Positions 1 to 10,710 are shown, counted from the first letter of the stretch. The stretch: DNA of 60,298 bases from Chthoniobacteraceae bacterium (GCA_031409335.1 JANNWY010000179.1:1-60298), one strand, 5' to 3'. The notes: generated from the sequence alone by a model not told the origin. Made by a program: numbers and translations.

Positions 1-140
1 GATCGCCTCCGGCGTGTGCCCGTGCTCCGCTATCAGTTCATCCAGCGCTTTGTTCGTTTTCTCTTCTTCTTTGCTTTTTGCTTTTCTCACTCGTTTGTGT
101 CCTCTCTTTTGCCGGGTCACACAAACTTTCTGATAGGTCC
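1..140 (-). mobile_element. Left end of a probable IS256-family insertion sequence, running off the window edge
   Basis: Minus strand starts GGACCTATCAGAAAGTTTGTGTGA (IS256-like terminal IR), then RBS GAGAGGA and GTG at 90 opening MRKAKSKEEEKTNKALDELIAEHGHTPEAI..., which resembles IS256 transposase N-termini. Confidence 0.65.
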
Positions 141-536
141 GCGAGTTTGACCGAATCGTGAGCCCTTTTTACTCAACCATCCGCATGTCCGACACAAACA
201 TGCGCATGTCCACGCTGCCAATGAATCGGATCGCCTCAATCGTGCGCATATTCAGCGCCCGCTTGCGGACTACTGGCACCGTCCTCCCTGCATTTCCGGT
301 TGATCACGACGAAATGGAACTCCATTACTTGTAGCGTAAAAAGTTGCACGCCGGATGTTTAGGAATTTTCAACTGGGGCGCCGCCACCGATTTTCTTGGA
401 ATTCCACACCATCCACCAAGCCATTCCGGCCCAGCTTTAGTTCCGCCTTGATGACGCCAACCGCCGTATCGGCGATGCTTTCCGATAAAAGAGAACGAAT
501 TTCAAGAAGCGACCCCTTTCCACAGAGTCCGGGGTT

Positions 537-629
537 GGTCCGTGCATATGTGCATAATCCACATTCACTCGCGTCACCGAATTGCTACTATCGCCCATAC
601 CTCAGTTTTCCTGCACACATGCACGGACC
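537..629. mobile_element. ~93 bp MITE-like element A, copy 1
   Basis: Terminal inverted repeats GGTCCGTGCAT...ATGCACGGACC; close second copy at 38182-38280. Confidence 0.7.
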
Positions 630-716
630 CCTCCCGCGCCCCGGTCCCATCACCGCTTCTCGGTTGAATCTTATTCCCGCGTGCGGCACAACCAACTGCA
701 CCGCTGCCACCTCACT

Positions 717-3266
717 ATGCGCCCCGTATTTCTCCTCCCACTGCTCACCGTCCTGCCGCTGATCCACGCCGCCGAATCGCCAAAGCCCGAAACTCCCGGG
801 ATGCGGGCTGATGGCTCGGTGCTGCTGCCAAATCAATGGGCGCTGCGGCCTGCCGGAAAGCAGGTGCGGGCGGGGGATTTTCCGGTGAATATCGCGATGC
901 ATCCTTCGGGTGGCTGGATGGCGGTATTGCACGCGGGATACGGGCCGCATGAAGTGGCGGTGCTGGACACGAAGACCGGGGCGACGATCTCGCGCGTGGA
1001 GATCGATGAGACGTTTTATGGGCTGGCTTTTGCCGATGGCGGGCGACGATTGCTGGCTTCGGGGAGCGGTGCGGAGGTGCTGTATTCGTTTGCGTTTTCC
1101 GATGGTTTCTTGAGCGAGAAAAAGATGATCGCACTGCGCGATCCGAAGCAGCGCGGGATTCCATCGGGCATCGCGACCGCGGCGGATGGCACGTCGTACG
1201 TGTGCAATCTGTGGGCGCACACCGTGTCGCGAGTCCGGCGCGGGGAAGCGGAGCCGGTGATCGATGAGGTGAAACTCACTGCGTCCGCGGGGCAGTCCGT
1301 GCCGCTGCCCGCTGACACGAGCACGGACGATCCGAGCATCACCAAACGCGACCGCGCGCTGCTGGATGCGACGGGTGCGACGGAGCCATTTCCGTATGCC
1401 TGCGTGCTCGATGAAAAGAGCGGACGCTTATACGTGTCGTTGTGGAATCAGTCGGCGGTCGCGGTCATCGACACGGCGACTTTTGCGGTGATCGGGCGCT
1501 GGGCGACGGAGGAACATCCGAACGAAATGGTGCTCACGAAAAATGGCGCGCGGCTCTTTGTCGCCAATGCCAATCGCAACACCGTGACGGTGCTCGACAC
1601 CGCGACCGGACGCGCCGCGGAGACGCTGCTCGCGGAGCTTCAGCCGGGTGCGCCGACGGGCAATACGCCAAACTCTTTGGCGCTCTCGCCGGATGAAAAA
1701 CGGCTGTTTGTCGCGAATGCGAATATCAACACGCTGGCGGTTTTCGATGTGGCGGAGGCTGGCAAATCGCGTTCGGAAGGATTCATCCCGACGGGCTGGT
1801 ATCCGACCTCGGTTCGAGTTTCGCTGGATGGGCGGAAACTGTTTGTGGCAAACGGAAAGGGTGGAATCTCGAGCGCCAATCGGAATGGGCTGGATCCCAG
1901 TGTGAAGACCCCCGAAACACTCTCCGAGTATATCGGCGGGCTGCTTCAAGGCACGGTGTCGGTGATCGAATTGCCAGAGCCGGAGAAATTCGACGCGCAG
2001 ATGGCGGCGTGGTCGGCGGAGGCATTTGCGTGCGTCCCCAAAGTCGCGCCCGACACGCGCGTACCATCGCCCATTCCCGCAAAGCTGGGTGAGGCATCGC
2101 CGATCAAATACGTGATCTATATGGTGAAGGAGAATCGCACTTACGACCAGGTGCTCGGCGATATGAAGGAGGGAAATGGCGACCCATCGCTGTGCATTTT
2201 CGGCGAGGCGATCACGCCAAATCATCACGCGCTGGCGCGCGAGTTTGTGCTGCTCGACAACTTTTATGTGGAAGGCGAAGTCTCCGCCGATGGTCACGAA
2301 TGGACGATGGGCGCCTATGCCACGGACTTCGTGGAAAAATCCTGGCCGCTTGGTTACGGCCATGACCGGCGCAAGAAATTCCCGTATCCGGCGGAGGGAA
2401 ATTTCGCGCTCGCGACACCGGCGGGCGGCTACTTGTGGGATCGCGCGAAGGAGGCGGGTGTGACCTATCGCAGCTACGGCGAATGGGTCGCGAATGGGAA
2501 AGCCGGGCAGCCCGGCACCGCGAAAGCGAAGGCGCTGATCGGCCACATCGACCCGCTCTACCGCAGCTTTGACATGGCGTATCCCGATGTGAAACGCGCC
2601 GAGCGATTCATCGCGGAGCTGCTGCGGTTCGAGCAGGAGGGTGAAATGCCACAGTTGCAAATCGTGCGTCTGCCGAATGATCACACCAGCGGCACGAGCC
2701 CCGGAAAACCGACGCCGATCGCGCACATGGGCGACAACGATCTGGCGTTCGGGCGGATCGTGGAGGCAGTGAGCAAGTCGAAATTCTGGCCGCAAACCGC
2801 GATCTTCTGCGTGGAAGACGACGCGCAAAATGGCCCCGATCACGTCGATGCCCATCGCACGATCGCATACGTGGTGAGCCCATACGCAAAGCGCGGCGCG
2901 CGCGATAGCACGCTGTATTCGACCTCGTCGATGCTGCGCACGATGGAGCTGATCCTCGGGTTGAAACCGATGAGCCAGTTCGACGCCGCGGCGATGCCGA
3001 TGTTCACGAGCTTTCAAATGGAGCCCGATCTCAAGCCGTATGTGGCGAAGGAAGTGACGGTGAATCTGGAAGAGAAAAACGCGAAGACTGCGTGGGGCGC
3101 GGAGAAATCGAAGAAGATGAATTTTGCGAAAGAGGACGCGGCGGATGATTTGCAACTGAACGAAGTCATCTGGCGCTCGATCCGCGGCGCGAATAGTCCG
3201 ATGCCCGCGCCAGTGCGGGCGGCGTTCGTCTTTACAAAGGAAGAAGAGGACGAAGACCGCGAGTAG
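717..3266 (+). CDS. Secreted YncE/YVTN beta-propeller + phosphoesterase (alkaline phosphatase superfamily) protein
   Basis: Signal peptide MRPVFLLPLLTVL; repeated propeller motifs (LYVSLW, LFVANAN); KENRTYDQVLGD, SADGHEW and EDDAQNGPDHVDAHR motifs; ATG 717 preferred over ORF start 582. Confidence 0.85.
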   Translation: MRPVFLLPLLTVLPLIHAAESPKPETPGMRADGSVLLPNQWALRPAGKQVRAGDFPVNIAMHPSGGWMAVLHAGYGPHEVAVLDTKTGATISRVEIDETFYGLAFADGGRRLLASGSGAEVLYSFAFSDGFLSEKKMIALRDPKQRGIPSGIATAADGTSYVCNLWAHTVSRVRRGEAEPVIDEVKLTASAGQSVPLPADTSTDDPSITKRDRALLDATGATEPFPYACVLDEKSGRLYVSLWNQSAVAVIDTATFAVIGRWATEEHPNEMVLTKNGARLFVANANRNTVTVLDTATGRAAETLLAELQPGAPTGNTPNSLALSPDEKRLFVANANINTLAVFDVAEAGKSRSEGFIPTGWYPTSVRVSLDGRKLFVANGKGGISSANRNGLDPSVKTPETLSEYIGGLLQGTVSVIELPEPEKFDAQMAAWSAEAFACVPKVAPDTRVPSPIPAKLGEASPIKYVIYMVKENRTYDQVLGDMKEGNGDPSLCIFGEAITPNHHALAREFVLLDNFYVEGEVSADGHEWTMGAYATDFVEKSWPLGYGHDRRKKFPYPAEGNFALATPAGGYLWDRAKEAGVTYRSYGEWVANGKAGQPGTAKAKALIGHIDPLYRSFDMAYPDVKRAERFIAELLRFEQEGEMPQLQIVRLPNDHTSGTSPGKPTPIAHMGDNDLAFGRIVEAVSKSKFWPQTAIFCVEDDAQNGPDHVDAHRTIAYVVSPYAKRGARDSTLYSTSSMLRTMELILGLKPMSQFDAAAMPMFTSFQMEPDLKPYVAKEVTVNLEEKNAKTAWGAEKSKKMNFAKEDAADDLQLNEVIWRSIRGANSPMPAPVRAAFVFTKEEEDEDRE

Positions 3267-3353
3267 GCGGCGCGGGAATAACTCTGATGCGAACAGATGC
3301 GACGGAATCGCCATCGCGAACGCGCGGGAACGCATCCCCAATCCATCGGATCG

Positions 3354-5621
3354 CTAGCCGCTGCCAACCCGCCAGCGACCGTCCGGCAAACCCCGGATCG
3401 CCACTGCGCAGGACTTGTAGGAAGGCTGGCGCGAGTAGGGATCGAACTCGGGATTGGTGAGTTGATTCGTCACTGCGTAGTGCATCGGCACGAAGACGTG
3501 CCCCGCCTGCACGGTCGTCGTCAGGAACGCGGTCGCGCGAATTTCCCCGCGCCGCGAACGAATCGCCACCATCGAATGCTCCACCACAGCCAGCCGCGTG
3601 GCATCGAGCGGATTCATCTCCACATACACCTCGGCGGGATAAAGCCGCCGCAACACATCCGACTTTCCCGTGCGCGTCTGCGTGTGCCATTGCGAAGACG
3701 TGCCGCGCCCCGTGAGCAGCACGAATGGAAACTCCGCGTCCACGTTTTCCGCCGCAGCGCGAGGCGCCTCGAAAAGAAATCGCGCCCGTCCATCCGGCGT
3801 AAAAAATTTCCCATCTTCAAACAGCCGCCGCTCGGCTTCCGGCCTTTCGATATTCGATGTTCGATGTTCGAAGTTCGATGTTCCCTCCCTTTCCGCCCAC
3901 GGCCACTGCACCCCGCCGCATTCATCAATCATCCGATAGTCCACGATGCCCGTGATGTCGCACGGCTGCCTGCGCGACAGCTCCTTCAAAATCTGAAACA
4001 CCGCCTCCGGCGAAGTCCACCGCGAAAACATCTCCCCGCAGCCCCAATACTGCGCGATGAGCTTGCAGATATTGAAATCCGAAAGCGCCTGCCCTGGCGC
4101 ACGCGCGACCTTTTTCACGAGCCCGAAGCGCCGCTCCGAATTGATCAGCGTCCCTTCCTTTTCACCCCATCCCGCCGCGGGCAGCACCAAGTCCGCGATC
4201 TGCGCCGTCTCAGTCGTGGCATACATATCCTGCACGACGAGGAAATCGAGCTTGCCTGCGAAGTCCTCGAACGCCTTGCGATGGATCCACGAGTGCGCGC
4301 CGTTCGTCGCCACGACCCACAGCCCTTTGATTTTCCCACTCGTGATCCCGTCCACGATTTGATCGTAGGCGAGTGAGTTCCGCTGCGGGATGCGCGCCGG
4401 GTCGATGCCGAGAATTCCCGCGACTTTCTCCCGATCCTCCGCTTTCAAAAAGTCCCGCCCGCCGAGCAAATTTGACGTGTTGGAAAAAAGCCGCGAACCC
4501 ATCGCATTGCACTGCCCCGTGATCGAATTCGCGCCGGTCCCGGGCCGCCCGATGTTCCCCGTCATCAGCGCGAGATTGATGATCGCCTGCGCCGTGCGCG
4601 TGGCCTCGTGGCCTTGATTCACACCCATCGTCCACCAAAATGACACGCGCTTTCCGCGATTGATCGTGTCGGCGATATGCCAGATTTCCTCCGCGCTCAA
4701 CCCCGTCTCCGCGCACACGCGCTCCGTCGTGAACTGCACGACGAACGCGGAAAATTCATCCCATCCCGTCGTATTTGTCGCAATGAACTCGCGATCCACC
4801 CATCCGCTCGCGATCAGGATATTCGCCAGCCCATACAGCAGCGTGAGATCGCTCTTCGGCGTTATCGCGTAGTGCTGCGTCGCCGCCATTGCCGTCTCGG
4901 TTTTGCGTGGATCGACGACGATGATTTCAGGCCGGTGCCGGTTCCGCATCACCCGCTGCCACATGATCGGATGGGCGATGCAGAGATTCGATCCGACGAG
5001 CACGATGACATCGCTTTCCTCAAAATCCGCATAGGTGTAAGGCGGCGCGTCGAAGCCGAAAGAATGTTTGTAAGCCACCGCCGCCGTCGCCATGCACTGC
5101 CGCGTATTGCCATCGCCATGCACGAGGCCCATGCCAAATTTTCCGAGCGCGCCGAGGAAGGCGAGTTCCTCGACCGTGATCTGCCCGGTGCCCAGCCACG
5201 CCACGGATTCCGGCCCGTGCTTGGCGATGATCTCCTTGAAGCGCTCGCAAAAAACCACGAGCGCGCGATCCCAATCGACCGCTTCGAGTTGCCCTTCCGC
5301 GTTCCGCAAAAGCGGAGTCGTCGCGCGATCGTCCGCGGCCAGCGGTGTCAGCGCCTCCCAACCTTTCGGGCAGGCCATGCCGAGGTTCACCGGGTAGTCG
5401 GTATCTCCGCTAAGGTTGATCCCCTGCCCGTCCTTGAGATGCACCTTCAGCCCGCAGCCCGTCGAGCAGTAGCCGCAAACCATCGTCGTCGTGTCGTCCG
5501 GTGCCAGTCGCGAAGGCACTTTTCCGAGTCCAAACATTCCCGGTTGCTGCACAAGGTCCTGGGTCAGCGGTCCATCCCACGCGCGCAACATTTCCTCCGC
5601 TTTGGTGATGAGTGTTTTCAT
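3354..5621 (-). CDS. nasA: Assimilatory-type nitrate reductase catalytic subunit (Mo-bisPGD, 4Fe-4S)
   Basis: CGYCSTGC...CPKG Fe-S motif, NTRQCMAT active-site Cys, GQCNAMG, C-terminal [15 protein letters not shown] molybdopterin-binding domain; no Tat signal; nitrate-transport context. Confidence 0.9.
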   Translation of the reverse strand: MKTLITKAEEMLRAWDGPLTQDLVQQPGMFGLGKVPSRLAPDDTTTMVCGYCSTGCGLKVHLKDGQGINLSGDTDYPVNLGMACPKGWEALTPLAADDRATTPLLRNAEGQLEAVDWDRALVVFCERFKEIIAKHGPESVAWLGTGQITVEELAFLGALGKFGMGLVHGDGNTRQCMATAAVAYKHSFGFDAPPYTYADFEESDVIVLVGSNLCIAHPIMWQRVMRNRHRPEIIVVDPRKTETAMAATQHYAITPKSDLTLLYGLANILIASGWVDREFIATNTTGWDEFSAFVVQFTTERVCAETGLSAEEIWHIADTINRGKRVSFWWTMGVNQGHEATRTAQAIINLALMTGNIGRPGTGANSITGQCNAMGSRLFSNTSNLLGGRDFLKAEDREKVAGILGIDPARIPQRNSLAYDQIVDGITSGKIKGLWVVATNGAHSWIHRKAFEDFAGKLDFLVVQDMYATTETAQIADLVLPAAGWGEKEGTLINSERRFGLVKKVARAPGQALSDFNICKLIAQYWGCGEMFSRWTSPEAVFQILKELSRRQPCDITGIVDYRMIDECGGVQWPWAEREGTSNFEHRTSNIERPEAERRLFEDGKFFTPDGRARFLFEAPRAAAENVDAEFPFVLLTGRGTSSQWHTQTRTGKSDVLRRLYPAEVYVEMNPLDATRLAVVEHSMVAIRSRRGEIRATAFLTTTVQAGHVFVPMHYAVTNQLTNPEFDPYSRQPSYKSCAVAIRGLPDGRWRVGSG
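3846..3883. repeat. Heptamer tandem repeat (TTCGATG)x~5.4 inside nasA
   Basis: ttcgata ttcgatg ttcgatg ttcgaag ttcgatg ttc; translated as [14 protein letters not shown]. Confidence 0.9.
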
Positions 5622-5626
5622 AGGTC

Positions 5627-7225
5627 TCAGCGTGCGAATGGACCCGGCATCCGTGGTGCGATGACCGCGGTGAAAAAGACAGTGCGCTCGATCAACTGTG
5701 AAATGAACGTGAAGAGGAACGAGGCAATCGCGAACAAAGTCATGGTCGCGCCAGCGGTGCCGATGGCGAAAAGGCCCGTCGCGGTCGCGGCGGTGAACAG
5801 AACGACGCGGGCGAAAACGAGTGGGCGCAGCAGTTGCCAGATGGTGAGCGCGGAGCCGTGCGTCGGGTCGTTTTTCTCGGAGAGCGCGTGCTCGAGTTGC
5901 AAAAGCTCCCAGCCGAAAAGCGCCGTGCGAATGATAGTCGCCGCGATCGCGAAAGCACGGGCGGCTTCACCAAACGAAAACCACGCGAGCAGTGCGCCCG
6001 CGCCCGCTGAGCCAAGTAGCAGCGTGGTCCCGAAGAACTTAGTGAACGTCAAATCTCCGCGCCAGAACGCGCGCCTCGTATCGACGTAGATCATCGCCGA
6101 GCAGGCAACGCCGACGAACGCGAGCAGCGTCGTGAGATGCGCGAGCGGAGTCGCTAAGATGGCCAGCGGTGGCCAAAGGCTGCTCGCGACAAACCCCGCC
6201 GCCGCTCCCGCAAATCCACCGAATGCGAAAATCTCGCGGCTCATCCATGAAGTGCGCAGCCCGAGAAACGCGCGCCATGCACCGAGCGGCCGACCGAGAT
6301 GCAGCACGCTCACGGCGAGCCCGAGTTGCAGAACGACGAAACCCACAATCGCGAGTGGAGCTTTTACCGACGCAAAATGCTGGGGGCTCACAACCGCGAT
6401 GACCGATGCCGACGCAAAGATTCCGGCAGCGATTTGTGAGAGCACGAGCATTCCGATGAGCGGCCAGTGCGCGTGTTCGAGGCGCACTGCCGTGGCATCG
6501 CCCGCGCGCGCATTCGCGGGCATCGACTTGCGCGTGGCGTAGCTCGTCGTCGGCTTTGTGTAGTGCGAATCGAACACGCCCGGAAGCAGCCTTTCGCCGG
6601 GCGTGGCGTGTTTCGTCACCTCGGATTTTGAAACGACACGAATCGTGATCGCTCCATTCGGACAAGCCTGCACGCACGCCGGAGCTTCATTCGCTGCGAG
6701 CCGCGATTGGCACATGTCGCACTTCCGCACGATGCCACGTTTCCTGGAATACTTCGGCACATCGTAAGGGCACTTCAGCACGCAATACTGGCAGCCAATG
6801 CATTGATCATCGAGATGCCGCACGATGCCAGTCTCGGCGTCCTTTTCATAAGCCCGCACCGGGCACCCTTCGAGACATGCCGGCTCGACGCAGTGATGGC
6901 ACGCAGTCGTGACCGTCTGCTGAAAAGGCTCCTCAATCGTGCCGCCATGCAGCAGCCCGATGTCACGCCACGTTTCATCGTCATCGAGCCCGTTCAGCGA
7001 ATGGCACGCGCTGACGCAAGCCTTGCAACCCGTGCAGGCATCCAGGTCCACGCCAAAGGCATACTGCTCGCCGGGCCGTGGCTTATCGAGCGGGATGAGT
7101 TCGCGGTAATATCGCGCCTGCGCTGGCACGCCGCCGTTTTCATGCTGCCGCGCAAAACGCGCGACTGCCGTGAGCGATTGTTGCTCCGCCAGCAGTTCGT
7201 CGATGAGCGTGCGCTCACTCGTCAT
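5627..7225 (-). CDS. Fused 4Fe-4S dicluster (DmsB-like) + DmsC/YnfH-family membrane anchor
   Basis: Four Cys clusters ([45 protein letters not shown]), then ~8 TM helices with HLGRP and SWMSRE DmsC motifs. Confidence 0.88.
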   Translation of the reverse strand: MTSERTLIDELLAEQQSLTAVARFARQHENGGVPAQARYYRELIPLDKPRPGEQYAFGVDLDACTGCKACVSACHSLNGLDDDETWRDIGLLHGGTIEEPFQQTVTTACHHCVEPACLEGCPVRAYEKDAETGIVRHLDDQCIGCQYCVLKCPYDVPKYSRKRGIVRKCDMCQSRLAANEAPACVQACPNGAITIRVVSKSEVTKHATPGERLLPGVFDSHYTKPTTSYATRKSMPANARAGDATAVRLEHAHWPLIGMLVLSQIAAGIFASASVIAVVSPQHFASVKAPLAIVGFVVLQLGLAVSVLHLGRPLGAWRAFLGLRTSWMSREIFAFGGFAGAAAGFVASSLWPPLAILATPLAHLTTLLAFVGVACSAMIYVDTRRAFWRGDLTFTKFFGTTLLLGSAGAGALLAWFSFGEAARAFAIAATIIRTALFGWELLQLEHALSEKNDPTHGSALTIWQLLRPLVFARVVLFTAATATGLFAIGTAGATMTLFAIASFLFTFISQLIERTVFFTAVIAPRMPGPFAR

Positions 7226-8933
7226 TGGAAAACATCGCCTGGAGCGCGTTGAGATCGTATCGCTTGGTGAATTCCTGAAAACCCTCCCCGGCGCTGCGAT
7301 GCCGCAGATACGCGCGGAGCATTTTTTCCAGCGTCAGCTTCAAATCGCCAAACGCCACGCCCGTAAAAACCTGCCGACCCACAGCCTGCTTTGCGCCAAA
7401 ACCACCGCCAACAAAAACGTGATAACCCTCGACGCTTTCACCCGCGACCTTCGTCTTGGTCCCGAGCAAGCCAATGTCTCCCATGTAATGCTGCGCGCAG
7501 GAGTTTGGGCAGCCAGTAAGGTGGACATTCACAGGTCGGTCGAGTTGCACGCGCTTGTCGAGGTAGTCCATCAGTTCGAGCGCGTGCTCCTTTGTGCAGG
7601 ATTGCGCGAATTTGCAGTAGCTGTTTCCCGTGCAAGCGATGAACCCGCTGCGCAAATTCGATTGCTCGGTCGTAAAGCCCGCTTTGCGCGCGGCCTTTTT
7701 CACAGTCTCCACGAAGGCATTGGGGACGTTCGGAATGATGAGATTCTGCCAGACGGTAAGCCTTACTTCACCAGAACCGTATAAGTCCGCAATCTCCGCG
7801 ACCCGGATCATTTGCTTTGGCGTCATCTGTCCGACCGGGATCGTGAGCCCGACATAGTTCAGTGCCTTTTGTTTTTGCGGATACACACCGACGTGGCTGT
7901 GGGCAATGTCCTGGCTGGGATAGCTCATCGACGCGGGATCGAGCGGAACGCGATCCAGTTTGTAACCGAGCACCTTCTCGGTTTCGTCGAGGTATTGTTC
8001 GAGCGTCCACTTTTCCAACAGATGCTTTAGCCGCGCCTTCTTCCGGTCGCCACGATTGCCATTGGCAATGAAGACGCGCACGAGCGCGGAAACCACTTTG
8101 TTCAACGCCGACGGCTTCACCAGCACGCCAAGATCGCGCGCAAAAGCCTTGTGTCCCGTGGCTCCACCAAGCGCGATGCGGAAGAAAACCTCATCCCCGA
8201 CTTTCACTGCCTTGCACCCGATGTCGTTGGTATCCTCGACCGTGCCGATCAGTCCGCCGCCATCATAGGCGATGTTGAACTTGCGCGGCAGATCGTAAAA
8301 CGCGCGGTCATTCAAAATGATCTGCGCCATCTCATGACACAGAGGCATCGTGTCGATGAGTTCGAGGGGGTCGAAGCCCGCCGTCGGATTCGCGGTAAGG
8401 TTGCGAATGTTATCCGCGCCCGCGCCGCGTGTATGCAGCCCGACGGACTGGATGCGGCGCAACACCTCCGGCGTATCCTTTGGCTGGATCAACCGGATCT
8501 GCAAGTTCGCCCGCGTGGTCACTTGCACATAGCCCGTCGTGAGTTCCTTCGCGACATTTGCGATCTCGCGGAGTTGGAACGTGCGGAGTTGGCCACCAGG
8601 AATCCGCAGCCGCGCCATGAATGCCTCCTTGTTTGGCGTGAGGAAAAAGAGGCCGTTCCATTTGAAGCGAAAGACCTCTTCCTTGTCCGGCGCACGGTTC
8701 ACGGAGGCGAGATCCAGCAGCAGCGGATAGGCATCAAGCGGATGCAATTCGCGCTTCACGCGCTCCTCAAAAATCAAATCGTCGAGCGACACGACCTTCT
8801 CCGGCTGCGGCATCTTTTCCACATCGCCAAAGCGCAACCCACGCGCTTCGAGCCCGGCGAAGAATCCGGTGAGGTAGTTGGTCTGTTCCGGCGCAAGCGG
8901 AGCGCCGTTGATCGTGTCGATCGGAAGGCTCAT
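7215..8933 (-). CDS. nirA: Siroheme nitrite reductase, NirA family
   Basis: FMARLRIPGG, TTRANLQIR, LPRKFNIA, CTGNSYC and TGCPNSC siroheme/4Fe-4S motifs; start 8933 or 8951. Confidence 0.9.
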   Translation of the reverse strand: MSLPIDTINGAPLAPEQTNYLTGFFAGLEARGLRFGDVEKMPQPEKVVSLDDLIFEERVKRELHPLDAYPLLLDLASVNRAPDKEEVFRFKWNGLFFLTPNKEAFMARLRIPGGQLRTFQLREIANVAKELTTGYVQVTTRANLQIRLIQPKDTPEVLRRIQSVGLHTRGAGADNIRNLTANPTAGFDPLELIDTMPLCHEMAQIILNDRAFYDLPRKFNIAYDGGGLIGTVEDTNDIGCKAVKVGDEVFFRIALGGATGHKAFARDLGVLVKPSALNKVVSALVRVFIANGNRGDRKKARLKHLLEKWTLEQYLDETEKVLGYKLDRVPLDPASMSYPSQDIAHSHVGVYPQKQKALNYVGLTIPVGQMTPKQMIRVAEIADLYGSGEVRLTVWQNLIIPNVPNAFVETVKKAARKAGFTTEQSNLRSGFIACTGNSYCKFAQSCTKEHALELMDYLDKRVQLDRPVNVHLTGCPNSCAQHYMGDIGLLGTKTKVAGESVEGYHVFVGGGFGAKQAVGRQVFTGVAFGDLKLTLEKMLRAYLRHRSAGEGFQEFTKRYDLNALQAMFSNDE

Positions 8934-8940
8934 CAAGGGT

Positions 8941-10710
8941 TTAGTAAACATCGCGTTGGTAGCGTTTGTCGGTTCTCAGCTTCTTCACGTAATCCACAGC
9001 GGCCTCCGCATTCATCCCCCCTGCGGTTTCGATGACTTGATGCAGCGCTGCGTCCACGTCCTTCGCCATCCGGCTCGCGTCGCCGCAGACGTAAAAATGC
9101 GCACCTGCTTGCAGCCATGAAAATAGCTCCGCGCCCGCTTCGATCATCCGCTGCTGCACATAGACTTTCTCCGCTTGATCACGTGAAAAGGCGAGATCGA
9201 GCCGAGTAAGATGGCCACTGGCCAACCATGCTTCAAGCTGCTCACGGTAGAGAAAATCGCTCGCGCGCTTTTGATCGCCAAAAATGAGCCAGTTTTTTCC
9301 GGGCGCGTCCGTGGCATGGCGTTCTTCGAGGAATGCGCGAAAGGGCGCGATGCCGGTCCCAGGACCGACCATAATGATTGGAAGGCTGGTATCATTCGGG
9401 AGTTTGAAGCCATGCGATGGCTGCACGAAGACCGGCACCGGCGTATCGCTCGCACGATCGGCGAGGAAGGTGGAGCACACCCCTTTGCGGACGCGTCCGT
9501 GGCTATCGTGCCGCACCGCGCCGACGGTGACATGCACTTCACCGGGATGCGCCTTTGGACTGGATGAAATGGAGTAAAGTCGCGGCTGCATCTTCTTCAG
9601 CAGCGCGGTGAACTCGGAGGCGCTGAATCTCACGGCGAGGCCGGAAACCACGTCGATCACCTCGCGGCCCCACAGCCATTTCTTCAAATCGTCGCGCCGC
9701 GCCGGATCGAGCAGGGAAGCGAGTTCCCCGCCAGCGGCACCGCGTTCAGCGGCAGCTTTCAGCAGATCGGTGGATGGACGCGTGATGTCGAAATCCTGCG
9801 CAAGCGCGAGGCGGAGCGATGTTTCGGCACCATCGGGAGTCTTAATGGCTTCTTCGCCATCACAGCCGAGCGCGGCGAGCACATCGGAAACGAGCGAGTC
9901 GCAATTCGTGGGAAAAATTCCGAGCGCATCGCCGGCTTCGTATTCGAGGCCCGGGCCTTCCAGCGCAAACTCGAAGTGCCGCACTTCCTTGCCGGAACCT
10001 TCCCCGGTTAGTTTTAGATTCGTTAGCAGTCGGGCCGGGAAGGGATTCTTGCGCGAGTAGCCCTCACCCACTTCCAACTGCACCACAGCGGGCGCGCCGT
10101 GATTTCCATTCCCGCCATTCGCGAGGGCCGCGAAGACACTCTCTGTCCAAGCATTCGCATATGACTCGTAGTCCACGTCGCAATCCGCCCGTGCGTGGAC
10201 GCGTTGCGCACCGAGCGATTCAAGCCGCGAGTCGCACTTTTTCCCGAACTCACAAAACCCCGGATAGTTCGTGTCGCCGAGTGCGAGCACCGAGTAGCGC
10301 GTTCCTTCCAAACGCGGCGCGGTGTCGCTGCTGAGCCAGTTCCAGAATCCCTGCGCGTTGTCCGGCGGATCGCCATCGCCATAGGTGCTGGTGATGACGA
10401 TTACGCGCTCCTCCTTTGTAAGATCGACTGTTTCATACTTATCCATGGGCACCAAACGTGGAGCGAAGCCGCGTGCCTCACTCGCCTTTGCTGCCCTCTT
10501 CGCGACGCCCTCCGCCGTTCCAGTCTGGCTGCCATAGAGCACGAGCAGCGGATGCTTAGGCGCGACCGGCACGCCGCTCAGTCCTGCCGCTGCATTCGCA
10601 GCGCTCTGACCGTCCGCATTAGAGAAAAGGCCTGCGAGATAGCCGTTTAGCCAAAGCCGTTGTTCCTCTGTAAAAGGAGCGTTTTCCGGAACGAATGGGA
10701 CTGGGTTCAT
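8941..10710 (-). CDS. CysJ-like diflavin (FMN/FAD/NADPH) reductase, sulfite reductase flavoprotein family
   Basis: GSQTGTAE, TSTYGDGDPP, RLYSISS, GPGTGIAPF, YVCGDA, C-terminal RYQRDVY. Confidence 0.9.
   Translation of the reverse strand: MNPVPFVPENAPFTEEQRLWLNGYLAGLFSNADGQSAANAAAGLSGVPVAPKHPLLVLYGSQTGTAEGVAKRAAKASEARGFAPRLVPMDKYETVDLTKEERVIVITSTYGDGDPPDNAQGFWNWLSSDTAPRLEGTRYSVLALGDTNYPGFCEFGKKCDSRLESLGAQRVHARADCDVDYESYANAWTESVFAALANGGNGNHGAPAVVQLEVGEGYSRKNPFPARLLTNLKLTGEGSGKEVRHFEFALEGPGLEYEAGDALGIFPTNCDSLVSDVLAALGCDGEEAIKTPDGAETSLRLALAQDFDITRPSTDLLKAAAERGAAGGELASLLDPARRDDLKKWLWGREVIDVVSGLAVRFSASEFTALLKKMQPRLYSISSSPKAHPGEVHVTVGAVRHDSHGRVRKGVCSTFLADRASDTPVPVFVQPSHGFKLPNDTSLPIIMVGPGTGIAPFRAFLEERHATDAPGKNWLIFGDQKRASDFLYREQLEAWLASGHLTRLDLAFSRDQAEKVYVQQRMIEAGAELFSWLQAGAHFYVCGDASRMAKDVDAALHQVIETAGGMNAEAAVDYVKKLRTDKRYQRDVY

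Noticed and set aside
355..762. 135-aa ORF, and the upstream extension of the YncE gene to 582
   Set aside because: Both run through MITE A with implausible composition; the signal peptide begins at ATG 717
1428..3341. Long antisense ORFs (also 4677-6089, 16472-17746, 20691-22259, 42182-43567, 44785-46302, 48059-49585)
   Set aside because: They mirror well-supported genes on the other strand, as expected from high-GC codon bias, and show no protein motifs
8941..10710. Calling the flavoprotein cysJ of sulfate assimilation
   Set aside because: There are no cysI/cysH/cysDN neighbours and the context is entirely nitrate/nitrite, so no gene symbol was assigned
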